Below are positions 55,603 to 64,000 of a stretch of 64,000 bases of DNA, in pieces. This DNA comes from a virus (Duplodnaviria; Heunggongvirae; Uroviricota; Caudoviricetes). Location of the stretch: IMG/VR virus record IMGVR_UViG_2791355477_000007. One strand, written 5' to 3'. Below the pieces are notes generated by a model. That model was not told where the DNA came from, ran no database searches, and saw only the letters and a list, made by a program, of their open reading frames with translations. Positions within the stretch are counted from its first letter, which is position 1. Each line of letters starts with the position of its first letter. Both the position numbers and the translations under genes were made by a program.

Positions 55603-56406
55603 ATGGGTTGGCGTTTTGAAGTATTATTACTACCAAAAACAATTAAAAATGAAGACTTAATTCAATCAACGCATCAAATACTTAAGGATGAACCAAAGAT
55701 AATAATGGACAGCCATGTTTTAATGGTAGCCCCACCCTCACCTGATTTTTATTTCAAAAAAATCTCATTAGATTCTATTGGAAATTATGAATCTCCTGTT
55801 TTTACACCCAGGGAATTCGCACTGAAATTATCAAACGTAATTAGAAATGAGGATTTTATCATTGCCAATTATTGCGACGGAACTGCCCAAGGGTTAATCT
55901 CGCATTTTAGAAATGGATGCCTTGTGCAAAAAATTGAAAGTCCAGAACTCGATAAATTAGAAATAGGACGACAGTTATTAACTGATACCTTACACTTCCC
56001 TGTTTCTGAATCTATCCTATCATCAATTGATTCTTATTTTTCTTTTCTGCATGAGAGAAATCCCTATTCTCTTATCTCTTATGCTCACCTGCATTTCTCT
56101 TCTGTATCCGAAAAAAGACCGATGCGTAGAGCATTGTATGAACAAGTACAAGCGTTGATTCAAAATCCTAATGTAACGGATGAAGAATTAGGTACATTGA
56201 AAGGTTCCCACAGTTTCCCTCCTTCTATCGTTCGACCTTATTATCAACGTTACATAATGGAGTCAAATAAAAATATAGCGTTAGAAAAAATGTATCTGTT
56301 TACGAATGGATTCGAGGGTGACGCAACATTAAAAGATGCTCCCACCTATCTATCACCTAATAATTATTTCCAATTAACATCGGATTATAGAAATCTTACA
56401 ATTTAA
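55603..56406 (+). CDS. hypothetical protein, paralog of 57051-57836
   Basis: shared ERNPY...SYAHL.F and TNGF...ATL.D.P..L.P..YF. Confidence 0.8.
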   Translation: MGWRFEVLLLPKTIKNEDLIQSTHQILKDEPKIIMDSHVLMVAPPSPDFYFKKISLDSIGNYESPVFTPREFALKLSNVIRNEDFIIANYCDGTAQGLISHFRNGCLVQKIESPELDKLEIGRQLLTDTLHFPVSESILSSIDSYFSFLHERNPYSLISYAHLHFSSVSEKRPMRRALYEQVQALIQNPNVTDEELGTLKGSHSFPPSIVRPYYQRYIMESNKNIALEKMYLFTNGFEGDATLKDAPTYLSPNNYFQLTSDYRNLTI

Positions 56407-56435
56407 TACACACGAGCAAACCTCCTTTAATTTTA

Positions 56436-56449
56436 TTGACTATAGTTAA
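56436..56449. promoter_or_regulatory. palindromic operator/-35 motif
   Basis: TTGACT-17 nt-TATAAT. Confidence 0.8.
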
Positions 56450-56497
56450 TAATTTATTTATAATATAACTTATAAATACACATCGAAGGTTTTTCTT

Positions 56498-57049
56498 GTG
56501 TTCAGAGTACATATCTTAAATCAAAACTTACTGGTTACAGGCGGTATCGCAGTGGGAAAGACTTTTTTCTTAAATGAATCACTTATGGATTTATTAACAA
56601 AATGCGAAAACACCCTACTATTAACACCTAATATAAATGAATTTAAAACACCTATTACAACATTTAATGGAAGAACAATTTCTTCTACTAAAATAAATAA
56701 TGATATTGATGGTTCTTTATTTCAAATCGTTGAAATTAATCCATTTTCACAATCATTAGATGAAGTCAAACATTCATTCATGGAATTTGTAAGCAGTTTT
56801 GAAACTATAATTCAAAGTGGAATAAAAACGGTAATGATTGATGAAGGAATGCAACTACTAAATGAAGTACCTTTCCCCTCATTTATAAAGTTTGTTGAAC
56901 GATTAAATGAAAAAGGTGTACGAGTAATTTTCACCTCTCAATTAGAGCTTCATCGACTTCCTATCGACCAGTTCATGCAAGTAGATAAATTGTTTCCTTG
57001 TGTATTAAAACTGAATCATCAATATAAACCATTAGAAACCGCATCATAA
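56498..57049 (+). CDS. small P-loop ATPase
   Basis: GGIAVGKT Walker A, VMIDEG Walker B, IFTSQ. Confidence 0.75.
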   Translation: MFRVHILNQNLLVTGGIAVGKTFFLNESLMDLLTKCENTLLLTPNINEFKTPITTFNGRTISSTKINNDIDGSLFQIVEINPFSQSLDEVKHSFMEFVSSFETIIQSGIKTVMIDEGMQLLNEVPFPSFIKFVERLNEKGVRVIFTSQLELHRLPIDQFMQVDKLFPCVLKLNHQYKPLETAS

Positions 57050-57050
57050 A

Positions 57051-57836
57051 ATGAAGGAGGATGAATATATGAGTAGACAATATTACGGAATCATGGTTCA
57101 TGGTTCTATCTCAAACAAAGTATTAGCAGAAAAAACATTAGAAATTTTAAAGGATAACGAATTAAAAGTTAACTACGGAAGTCAGTGCTTAGTCACGCTA
57201 CCTGTAGATGAAAAATATAATTTCAAGGTTATCAATTACGGAAGCATTTTGAATCACGAGATTACACCATTTGCTGATGAGACATTAGCAAAGGAATTAT
57301 CAGAAAGAATTCCTTTTCAGGATTTCATAGTCTTCCATTTCCATAGCGTAACGGATACAGGCTATTTTAGACACTATATGAATGGTGTTCTGATTGAAGA
57401 AAAAGCTGATAAAATCGAAGGAGATAATTTTATCTGTGCTCAAAATCTATTCAAGCAGGTTTTTGGTATCCCAAGATATAAAAATCTGATGCAAATCATT
57501 GAGAAGTATTTCAAAGTGGCATTAGAACGTAACCCGTATTTACAAGGTGCCTCTTATGCTCATCTGTTATTCGCACAAGAGGATGCATTTTGGGGAAATA
57601 AAGAATTATGTGATGCAATTCAAGAACAATTAAAGCATCCAACGAAGCAAAAGGAAAATCACTCTTCACTTCAATATTATTTAAATAGATATGAAAATGA
57701 GAAAGTAGATAATAGAGTAATGTATTACTTATTAACTAACGGTTTTTATCGAAGTGCTACCTTATTAGATTCTCCACATCAGTTAAAACCTGAAGAATAC
57801 TTTGAATTTCATCAAAGTGTTAAAAAAATAGCATAA
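57051..57836 (+). CDS. hypothetical protein, paralog of 55603-56406
   Basis: shared motifs. Confidence 0.8.
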   Translation: MKEDEYMSRQYYGIMVHGSISNKVLAEKTLEILKDNELKVNYGSQCLVTLPVDEKYNFKVINYGSILNHEITPFADETLAKELSERIPFQDFIVFHFHSVTDTGYFRHYMNGVLIEEKADKIEGDNFICAQNLFKQVFGIPRYKNLMQIIEKYFKVALERNPYLQGASYAHLLFAQEDAFWGNKELCDAIQEQLKHPTKQKENHSSLQYYLNRYENEKVDNRVMYYLLTNGFYRSATLLDSPHQLKPEEYFEFHQSVKKIA

Positions 57837-57875
57837 CAGAATGAAAGCAATACCTAATAGGTGTTGCTTTTTTCA

Positions 57876-57889
57876 TTGACTATAGTTAA
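57876..57889. promoter_or_regulatory. palindromic operator/-35 motif
   Basis: TTGACTATAGTTAA. Confidence 0.75.
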
Positions 57890-57938
57890 TTAAATTGTTA
57901 CTATAATATTATCAACAAAAGGACGGTGAAAGAAGGTT

Positions 57939-58733
57939 ATGAAAGGACTTGTAATTAAGAAACATTGGATAAATCTTATATTAAGCGGTCAAAAAGATTG
58001 GGAAATTCGAGGAAAAAATGCAAAAATCCGAGGAACAATTGCGTTGATTCAAAGTGGTTCAGGCATGGTATTTGGAACTGTCGATTTAGTAGATTGCATT
58101 CCCTTAACGAAAGAAGCCTTTAATAGCAATCATGAACATCACAAAATCCCTGTGACTGGAGATACAGAACCACCTTATAAAAAAACTCACGCATGGGTCT
58201 TTAGAAATCCTGTTATCTTTCCAAAACCGATTCCTTACTCTCACCCTCTCGGTGCAGTGATATGGATAAATATTAAAGAGAATATAGAAGTAAAAGATGA
58301 TGATATTAGGGATTGGTTCAACATCTCAACATCATCTAACTTATTACATTCAGGCGATGTTTCATTCAATAATCTTTTACGCTTATATAAATCAGCACTC
58401 ATGAAGTATTACAACATTCATACATCTACAAATATAACGAACTTTTTTGAACAGGTGAAAAAATTAGAGATGCCTCGTTCAGCAGAATTATGTACGGAAT
58501 GGATGTTAGACAAGGGGCTTTCTCACTTAGAGACTATCAAATCAAAACTACCTATTTCTAAAGAGGATATCCCTTATTTAGATTATGATGCTTGGGCTCT
58601 TCAAGAGACATTAAAGCATGAAGACTCCCCATATGCAGATGATTTATGCTCTACATTAATAGACATCCTTAGTACCCTTTCTACAAGTACATTAAATAGA
58701 AAGTTCCGAAACGAAAAAGAGTGGAGTGAATGA
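57939..58733 (+). CDS. ASCH domain protein with C-terminal extension
   Basis: W..LILSGQKDWEIRG, G.V.LVDC, HP.GAVIW. Confidence 0.82.
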   Translation: MKGLVIKKHWINLILSGQKDWEIRGKNAKIRGTIALIQSGSGMVFGTVDLVDCIPLTKEAFNSNHEHHKIPVTGDTEPPYKKTHAWVFRNPVIFPKPIPYSHPLGAVIWINIKENIEVKDDDIRDWFNISTSSNLLHSGDVSFNNLLRLYKSALMKYYNIHTSTNITNFFEQVKKLEMPRSAELCTEWMLDKGLSHLETIKSKLPISKEDIPYLDYDAWALQETLKHEDSPYADDLCSTLIDILSTLSTSTLNRKFRNEKEWSE

Positions 58734-59130
58734 AATGACAAAAGAATATCAGATAAAAGAAGGCATGATTATTTACGCAATTATACCTTCATGCAGAGGT
58801 GAAAAAGTTGAACCCTGTAAAGTAAGGAAGTCACTGAATAACTCTATAGAATGGAACTTAAAATGCTTATCTGAGGAAGAGAAGTATTTTAGCATCGGGT
58901 TTGATACGAATTATATTGGAAAAATCTACTCCTTTGACAAAATAGAAGCAGAAACACACTTGAAAGAAATGAAGGAGAAAAGCAATAAAGCTTTCCAAAA
59001 TGCCCTCTCCTCAAAAGAAGAGATTTTAAAAAGATTATTTTCAGGATGGGCATATGATATGACGGAAGGTGAAGAAGTTCAGATTATGGAAAGACGAATT
59101 GAAGAAGAGTTTGGAGTAAAAGTGCGATGA
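58726..59130 (+). CDS. hypothetical protein
   Basis: operon ORF. Confidence 0.7.
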   Translation: MNEMTKEYQIKEGMIIYAIIPSCRGEKVEPCKVRKSLNNSIEWNLKCLSEEEKYFSIGFDTNYIGKIYSFDKIEAETHLKEMKEKSNKAFQNALSSKEEILKRLFSGWAYDMTEGEEVQIMERRIEEEFGVKVR

Positions 59131-59639
59131 ACTACTCTCTTAATTCGAAGACTACATTAGGTTTTAAATGGTCAGAAAAAGAGAATGATTGGATGATTTA
59201 TTTTCCAAGGTCAGGAAGTGGTTCTTATCTACATTCTCAACTGCTTGAAAGACGTTTCTTTCTCTCTTTATTACAGGAATTGTTAAATAGAGATTATGAC
59301 CTCTCTACTTTTTTGTTCCGAGTTCATACAAACGAATTTTCTGAATCACATCCGAGAAAACGAACAAGCCATTTTAGAAAGGAAAATGTTCTGGCCGTTT
59401 ACTGGAACTACCAGACAAACGATTGGATGATTCGCTATCCTGATAAGTCAGATGGCTCTCTCATTGCATTTGACTTAATCGGTAATGATTACTTCAAGAA
59501 TGTTTTAAAAGAGCTTGAAAACCGAAAATATGACGTTAAAACACTATGTATTTACGTTGAAAGAAGAGAAATGGATTCAACGACCCAAAACAATATAAGC
59601 ACTTGGATAAAAAGACGTTTATCAACCGCTTATAAATAA
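59127..59639 (+). CDS. hypothetical protein with two internal repeats
   Basis: W....NDWMI..P....GS ... L.EL..R.YD..T twice. Confidence 0.75.
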   Translation: MNYSLNSKTTLGFKWSEKENDWMIYFPRSGSGSYLHSQLLERRFFLSLLQELLNRDYDLSTFLFRVHTNEFSESHPRKRTSHFRKENVLAVYWNYQTNDWMIRYPDKSDGSLIAFDLIGNDYFKNVLKELENRKYDVKTLCIYVERREMDSTTQNNISTWIKRRLSTAYK

Positions 59640-59653
59640 AAGGAGGATACAAC

Positions 59654-59848
59654 ATGTTACTGGTAGAGTTCTTTCAAAATACACATGACCTAAGACGTGA
59701 AGTTCAGAAACAGTTCAAAGAACGTGGTTTTACACTTCCTGAAAAATATTTCGTTATGAATGAAGCATTAGGATATGCTCCTAATATAAAAGAACTAACA
59801 AATGATGAGATACATAGAGTTTTAACATTACTGAAGGAAAAGTATTAG
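59654..59848 (+). CDS. small hypothetical protein
   Basis: AGGAGG RBS. Confidence 0.7.
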   Translation: MLLVEFFQNTHDLRREVQKQFKERGFTLPEKYFVMNEALGYAPNIKELTNDEIHRVLTLLKEKY

Positions 59849-60011
59849 ACAGTTTACGGAGAAATTTATGTCAAAAAAACGTGAAATATTTAGATTATTA
59901 GAAGAAGATTGTGTAAACCCTACAAGTGAAGAAATCATAAAGAAGTATATTAATAATTTGATAAGAGAAAATGAAGAATTAAAAAAGAAAAAACGAAAGG
60001 TTGTGTCATAA

Positions 60012-60218
60012 ATGAACGAAGCAATTGACGGAAAGAAAATGTATGAGAATTTAATAAAGATAGGATATAAAAGTGTTGGTGTACACGATGATAATGAAAT
60101 TCTTTCTAAAGAATTTTCTGAAGGAACTTTCATTCTTTTCGCATTTAAGAACGATGAGTGTATTGGAACAATGATTCTATCACAAGAGCAGTTACATGCG
60201 ATGCAGAATCTTAAATAA
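60012..60218 (+). CDS. small hypothetical protein
   Basis: operon ORF. Confidence 0.6.
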   Translation: MNEAIDGKKMYENLIKIGYKSVGVHDDNEILSKEFSEGTFILFAFKNDECIGTMILSQEQLHAMQNLK

Positions 60219-60221
60219 GAA

Positions 60222-60497
60222 ATGAATAATAAAATCAAGTTTATTCATTTCTTAGTAACCATGATTTTAGGTGGGGGCGTGGGGATATCAGGAATTTTTG
60301 CTCTTGTAATTCCTTTTGCGGAGAATAAATCCATGTTTAGTTTATTCGTATTAGCATTCCCTGTTCTCTCTCTTATTTATTTTATTTACTTAATACGTTC
60401 CAATACAAAAAATATAGGCAGTTTATTCACTCATGTAGGAGTATTTATTGCATCTGTTATATTGATACCTTGGCTTGTACTCTATCTTACAAGTTAG
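60222..60497 (+). CDS. three-TM membrane protein
   Basis: hydrophobic segments. Confidence 0.65.
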   Translation: MNNKIKFIHFLVTMILGGGVGISGIFALVIPFAENKSMFSLFVLAFPVLSLIYFIYLIRSNTKNIGSLFTHVGVFIASVILIPWLVLYLTS

Positions 60498-60617
60498 CGA
60501 AGAAAAGCACCTATTGGTGCTTTTTTCTTTTTATGTGGTAACTATTTCAAAAAAACAATCTATCTTTCGTTGATTCCCCATATAATAAGTATAACTGTAC
60601 AGAATGGAGTTGATAGT

Positions 60618-60899
60618 ATGGATGGATTTTTCGAGCTAATTCTTCTTGGTCTTATTTTATTTATATTGATTCTTTCTTTCTCTGCTTTTATCGAACAAAA
60701 ATATCCTGAAAAACAAGGTCTAAAATTTGTGCTACCTACAATTCTTATTGCTATGTCCTGCTTAACCTTTTATATCTCTGCATTCCTTTTTGACGGTTGG
60801 TTTATCATAGGAGTAAGTGTTTTATGTACAACTGTTTTTATAAGCTCCACTATTGGTTTTATTGCATCTGTATTTATACATAATAAAAAAGAGCAGTAA
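60618..60899 (+). CDS. YesK-like membrane protein
   Basis: GGAG RBS, three TM segments, KYPEK and DGW motifs. Confidence 0.55.
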   Translation: MDGFFELILLGLILFILILSFSAFIEQKYPEKQGLKFVLPTILIAMSCLTFYISAFLFDGWFIIGVSVLCTTVFISSTIGFIASVFIHNKKEQ

Positions 60900-60911
60900 T
60901 TTACTGTTCTT

Positions 60912-61256
60912 TTAATCAAATCTATCATTTTCTCCTAATACCCATTTCAAAGCTGAAATTTGCGAGCTATTTTGTAGCAGTTGGGAACGAAAGGCTTCCC
61001 TATCTATTTCCCTTTTCTTGTAAGAATCTCGTATAATATCTTCGGTGGTATCCAAATCCTTAATCTTATCTCTTATCCACTGCTCTGTTTTCATTTTTAA
61101 AACGGAATTAAATGATATTATCATAGATTCATTTTCCATAACGACAGTCTGGAAAACATCTTTAGGAATTCGTTTTTCATAAAAAGCATTTTTATAGTTT
61201 TCAATCGTTTTAAAACAAGCTCTCATTTCGTCCTGTATTTCGTGAACTGTTTTCAT
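60912..61256 (-). CDS. hypothetical protein with internal repeat
   Basis: MKT...I.D occurs twice; LKWVLGE end. Confidence 0.7.
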   Translation of the reverse strand: MKTVHEIQDEMRACFKTIENYKNAFYEKRIPKDVFQTVVMENESMIISFNSVLKMKTEQWIRDKIKDLDTTEDIIRDSYKKREIDREAFRSQLLQNSSQISALKWVLGENDRFD

Positions 61257-61268
61257 GTATTAGCTCCT

Positions 61269-61559
61269 TTATTTTCTTTTGTATCGTTTGTACCAATCCT
61301 TATATGAATAATCATCACAATAAGACCATTTTTGCCCACTATTTAATAATGATTTTTCTTCAGCTCCTTTATCTTTAACATATGTATTGTAATAATAGGT
61401 AACTTTCCATTCACAAATGTCATATTGGTCATATAGTTTTTTATATGCACTTCCGTTTGCAATCTCACCTTTAAACTTTCTAACCTTTCGATTGGCAAAT
61501 TTTCTTTCTGCTTTTTGATTATCTTTTACACATGGTACTTTTTTATAACTTCTGCTCAT
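61269..61559 (-). CDS. small basic protein (MSRSYKK...ANRKVR type)
   Basis: RBS, highly basic and aromatic. Confidence 0.7.
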   Translation of the reverse strand: MSRSYKKVPCVKDNQKAERKFANRKVRKFKGEIANGSAYKKLYDQYDICEWKVTYYYNTYVKDKGAEEKSLLNSGQKWSYCDDYSYKDWYKRYKRK

Positions 61560-61686
61560 ACATATCACATCCCTTTCTTAGGGACCATTATTTGGTCCAC
61601 CTAATGGACTGTGAAATGAGGAATTCTCACTCTTTGTTGATGCATCTTTCTCATATACACCACATCCTTTCAGTCTCTCCATACGC

Positions 61687-62367
61687 CTATTCAATCGTAA
61701 CAAAGTGTTTAAATACCCTTTGTCTTTCTACATTATCTAATCCATAGGCATATTTATCCGTAAACTCTTTCCAGTTTGTACTTTCATTCAAAGTATCCAT
61801 TTTTACTTTCAGAACTTTTTCTAATTCTTTTTTATTGATAGAAGCCTCATATGTTTTCCCTTCAAACGGAAGGATAACTTCTAAGTTTTCTAATACTGGA
61901 TTCTTTTTGAATAGTCTTGTTGTTTCAATCACAAATAATTTATCAATCTTGTCTCCTGTACTCCAATACTCTTTATATGTTTCTTCTTTTAAATCTTTCA
62001 TTGAAGAGTTTTCAGAAATGACCGCTTGATATGAATCATAATAGGTTAAGGTAGCATGAGTATCAGCAATATCAATTTTTTTAATGTATTCCCCACCCAT
62101 CATTAAATTCACTTCATTTGTAAACTTATCTTTTTCCAACTTTGGCTTTTCTTTCTGCTTATTTTCGTCAGATGCATTACCATCTTTATTTTCTTCAGTT
62201 TTATCTTTTTTCTTATTCTGAGAATCTAAAACTTTTTGCAATTGCTCTTGTGTTAATTTTGTAGTTTGTGTTTTTTGTTCTTCTTCATTGTTTTCACAAC
62301 CTACAGAAATCGCTAACACACCTATACTTAGAATCCCTAATAGACACCTTTTTGCAGTTTTATTCAC
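61687..62367 (-). CDS. lipoprotein
   Basis: signal peptide with lipobox ISVG-C. Confidence 0.8.
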   Translation of the reverse strand: MNKTAKRCLLGILSIGVLAISVGCENNEEEQKTQTTKLTQEQLQKVLDSQNKKKDKTEENKDGNASDENKQKEKPKLEKDKFTNEVNLMMGGEYIKKIDIADTHATLTYYDSYQAVISENSSMKDLKEETYKEYWSTGDKIDKLFVIETTRLFKKNPVLENLEVILPFEGKTYEASINKKELEKVLKVKMDTLNESTNWKEFTDKYAYGLDNVERQRVFKHFVTIE

Positions 62368-62402
62368 GATATCAACTCCCTTATTTAATTTTATTTATTT
62401 TA

Positions 62403-62416
62403 TCAACTAAAGTCAA
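62403..62416. promoter_or_regulatory. palindromic operator/-35 motif (minus orientation)
   Basis: reverse complement TTGACTTTAGTTGA. Confidence 0.65.
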
Positions 62417-62536
62417 TAAAAAGAAGTTTTATAGAATATATGCCTTTTTGTTATCCTCTATTAACAAAATCATCTTTATAGAGGATTATTTAACAATAAA
62501 TCAAATAAAAACACAGATTCTATACAGAACCTGCGT

Positions 62537-63463
62537 TCAATTTATTCTCTCCCTCAAATAAGGAGATATTTTATTCTTTATCACTTTTTCTGACAACTCA
62601 TCTAAGTATGTTACATACACTAAATCCAGATTATAATACTTACATAAATCTATTTTTTCCTTATCTCTTTCCTGCCTTCTCTTCAGTCCTTCTTCACCAC
62701 CCATGAACGGAATAGGTTTGTAATGTTGTTCCCCCTGATATTCAATGACAAGCTGTAATTCTTCAATATAGATATCCGCTTTTAGATGGTCTAACTCATA
62801 TTGATGAATAACCGTGTATCCAGGAAACATTTCTTTAATTAATTCTAAAAGTTTAATTTCAGATGTCCACTTTTTCCCTATTGCAAAGTACCCCATTCGA
62901 GTTCTTATAACATTTTCACAGTATCGTTTAAAATCTTTAGAGGATTGCTCGTCCAGAACCAGTCGTCCCCCATATTGCTCTTCTGCAATTAGAAGCGGGA
63001 CAATATCCCCAGGAATATGCTTTGGGTAGCAAATATCTCTAAATCTATTATCTAATCCATAAGAATAGGACAATGCCTTTATATAATATCCATAAATAGA
63101 ATAAAACTTTGTTTCATTCATTGTTTTTCCATGTCCATACTTCGGACAAACTTTATTACAGATATGGCATAAGTTATCTTCGAATTTAATGTTTTGAATA
63201 AAGATTTCCATTAATTCCAACTGTGATGCTTTCGGAAGACCACTAAACGATAAACGTTCTTTTACTTTTAAATAATTTTCAACACCTTGCTTTTGACACG
63301 AACAATAAAATAAGGGGCCATATTTCTCTTGTTGAAAGGCATGAAATACTCCCATTCTTGTAGGATAGTGAACAAATGGATATGGCAACTCTGGTTCATA
63401 TTCGACAAATACTCCTCTTGTAATCTCAGGTATCATTTCTTTCGGCACAATTTTAGAACGCAT
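62537..63463 (-). CDS. Cys-rich protein with C-terminal Vsr/DUF559-like endonuclease domain
   Basis: ADIYI....LVIEYQGEQHY, RD..K...C. Confidence 0.75.
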   Translation of the reverse strand: MRSKIVPKEMIPEITRGVFVEYEPELPYPFVHYPTRMGVFHAFQQEKYGPLFYCSCQKQGVENYLKVKERLSFSGLPKASQLELMEIFIQNIKFEDNLCHICNKVCPKYGHGKTMNETKFYSIYGYYIKALSYSYGLDNRFRDICYPKHIPGDIVPLLIAEEQYGGRLVLDEQSSKDFKRYCENVIRTRMGYFAIGKKWTSEIKLLELIKEMFPGYTVIHQYELDHLKADIYIEELQLVIEYQGEQHYKPIPFMGGEEGLKRRQERDKEKIDLCKYYNLDLVYVTYLDELSEKVIKNKISPYLRERIN

Positions 63464-63484
63464 GGGTTCACCTTCTCATCTTTG

Positions 63485-63931
63485 TTATTGATAGATTACT
63501 TGATAACCATCTTCTTCTAATAAACGCCCTACAATCCCCCTATGACACTTATCTTTATTCTCGCAATAACAAACCAATACTGCATTTTCTCCTGCCTCTA
63601 AACGCTCTTTAAGACGCTTATACGCTTTTTGAAAGTCCTTTCTTTCTGTTGCTTCTTTAATAAACGATTCTTCATACAAATCATACCATGTCCCTGTATT
63701 TCCTTTTTTTAATTTCTCTTTCTCTTCCTCTGTAAATTTTAACTTTTTCCATTTATCTTTTGTTTGAAAAAAGAGATGTAAGGATGGAGATAGATGTGGT
63801 ACATGAACAAATCCTTTTCCAACCATAATCCCTTGTTTTATGCTTCGGGTAATATGCAGACGCACAGCATATGGGTGTGGGTCAAAGTCGTGTAAATTCT
63901 CAAATGATGTAATACAAACAAACCCTTTCAC
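63485..63931 (-). CDS. DUF488-like protein
   Basis: LSPS..L, Y...F..E, VLVCYC....KCHR; probable GTG start. Confidence 0.6.
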   Translation of the reverse strand: MKGFVCITSFENLHDFDPHPYAVRLHITRSIKQGIMVGKGFVHVPHLSPSLHLFFQTKDKWKKLKFTEEEKEKLKKGNTGTWYDLYEESFIKEATERKDFQKAYKRLKERLEAGENAVLVCYCENKDKCHRGIVGRLLEEDGYQVIYQ

Positions 63932-64000
63932 TTTTGTTTCCCCCTTATTTTTTATAATCAAATTAATAGAAATATTTATATATCTTTCCCTTTGCAAACG

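Noticed and set aside
7087-62416. CRISPR array or integron attC interpretation of the repeated motifs
   Set aside because: The copies are dispersed at promoters with irregular spacing; no cas genes or integrase are present.
62527-62538. GAAC-CTGC-GTTC LexA-like box
   Set aside because: It is one arm of a minus-strand terminator hairpin (about 62509-62537) directly after a stop codon.
10372-63520. Many short antisense or nested ORFs (for example 10372-10662, 12872-13210, 28383-28709, 45700-46017, 59828-60238)
   Set aside because: They are shadows of longer, better-supported genes on the other strand and lack an RBS.
1-64000. Classification as a definite phage
   Set aside because: No capsid, terminase, tail or lysis genes in the window; mixed gene orientation and a VirD4-like gene fit a megaplasmid at least as well.

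Overview
AT-rich DNA from a large Firmicutes (probably Bacillus cereus-group) mobile replicon, most likely a megaplasmid or phage-plasmid; no virion structural genes are visible. Bases 1-5530 are the 3' part of a + strand tRNA array ending in a terminator. It holds about 20 near-canonical tRNAs and about 12 irregular tRNA-like genes with expanded anticodon arms or missing D arms. It also holds a ~510-nt multi-domain structured RNA resembling ROOL and two duplicated pseudoknotted RNA families. The rest is ~100 mostly small hypothetical genes plus recognisable RecD2, NAD-dependent LigA, Thg1-like polymerase, Tdk, YitT, HAD and PTP phosphatases, Tpt1/KptA, ASCH, DUF262, Panacea/DUF4065, a degenerate VirD4-like protein and a TnpB-only IS200/IS605 element inserted in a zinc-finger gene. 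Two dispersed regulatory motifs organise the window: a 14-bp palindrome TTGACTATAGTCAA (17 copies, on -35 boxes) and a ~55-bp conserved promoter/leader (9 copies) in front of small acidic genes. All calls are by eye; RNA folds and family assignments need computational confirmation.
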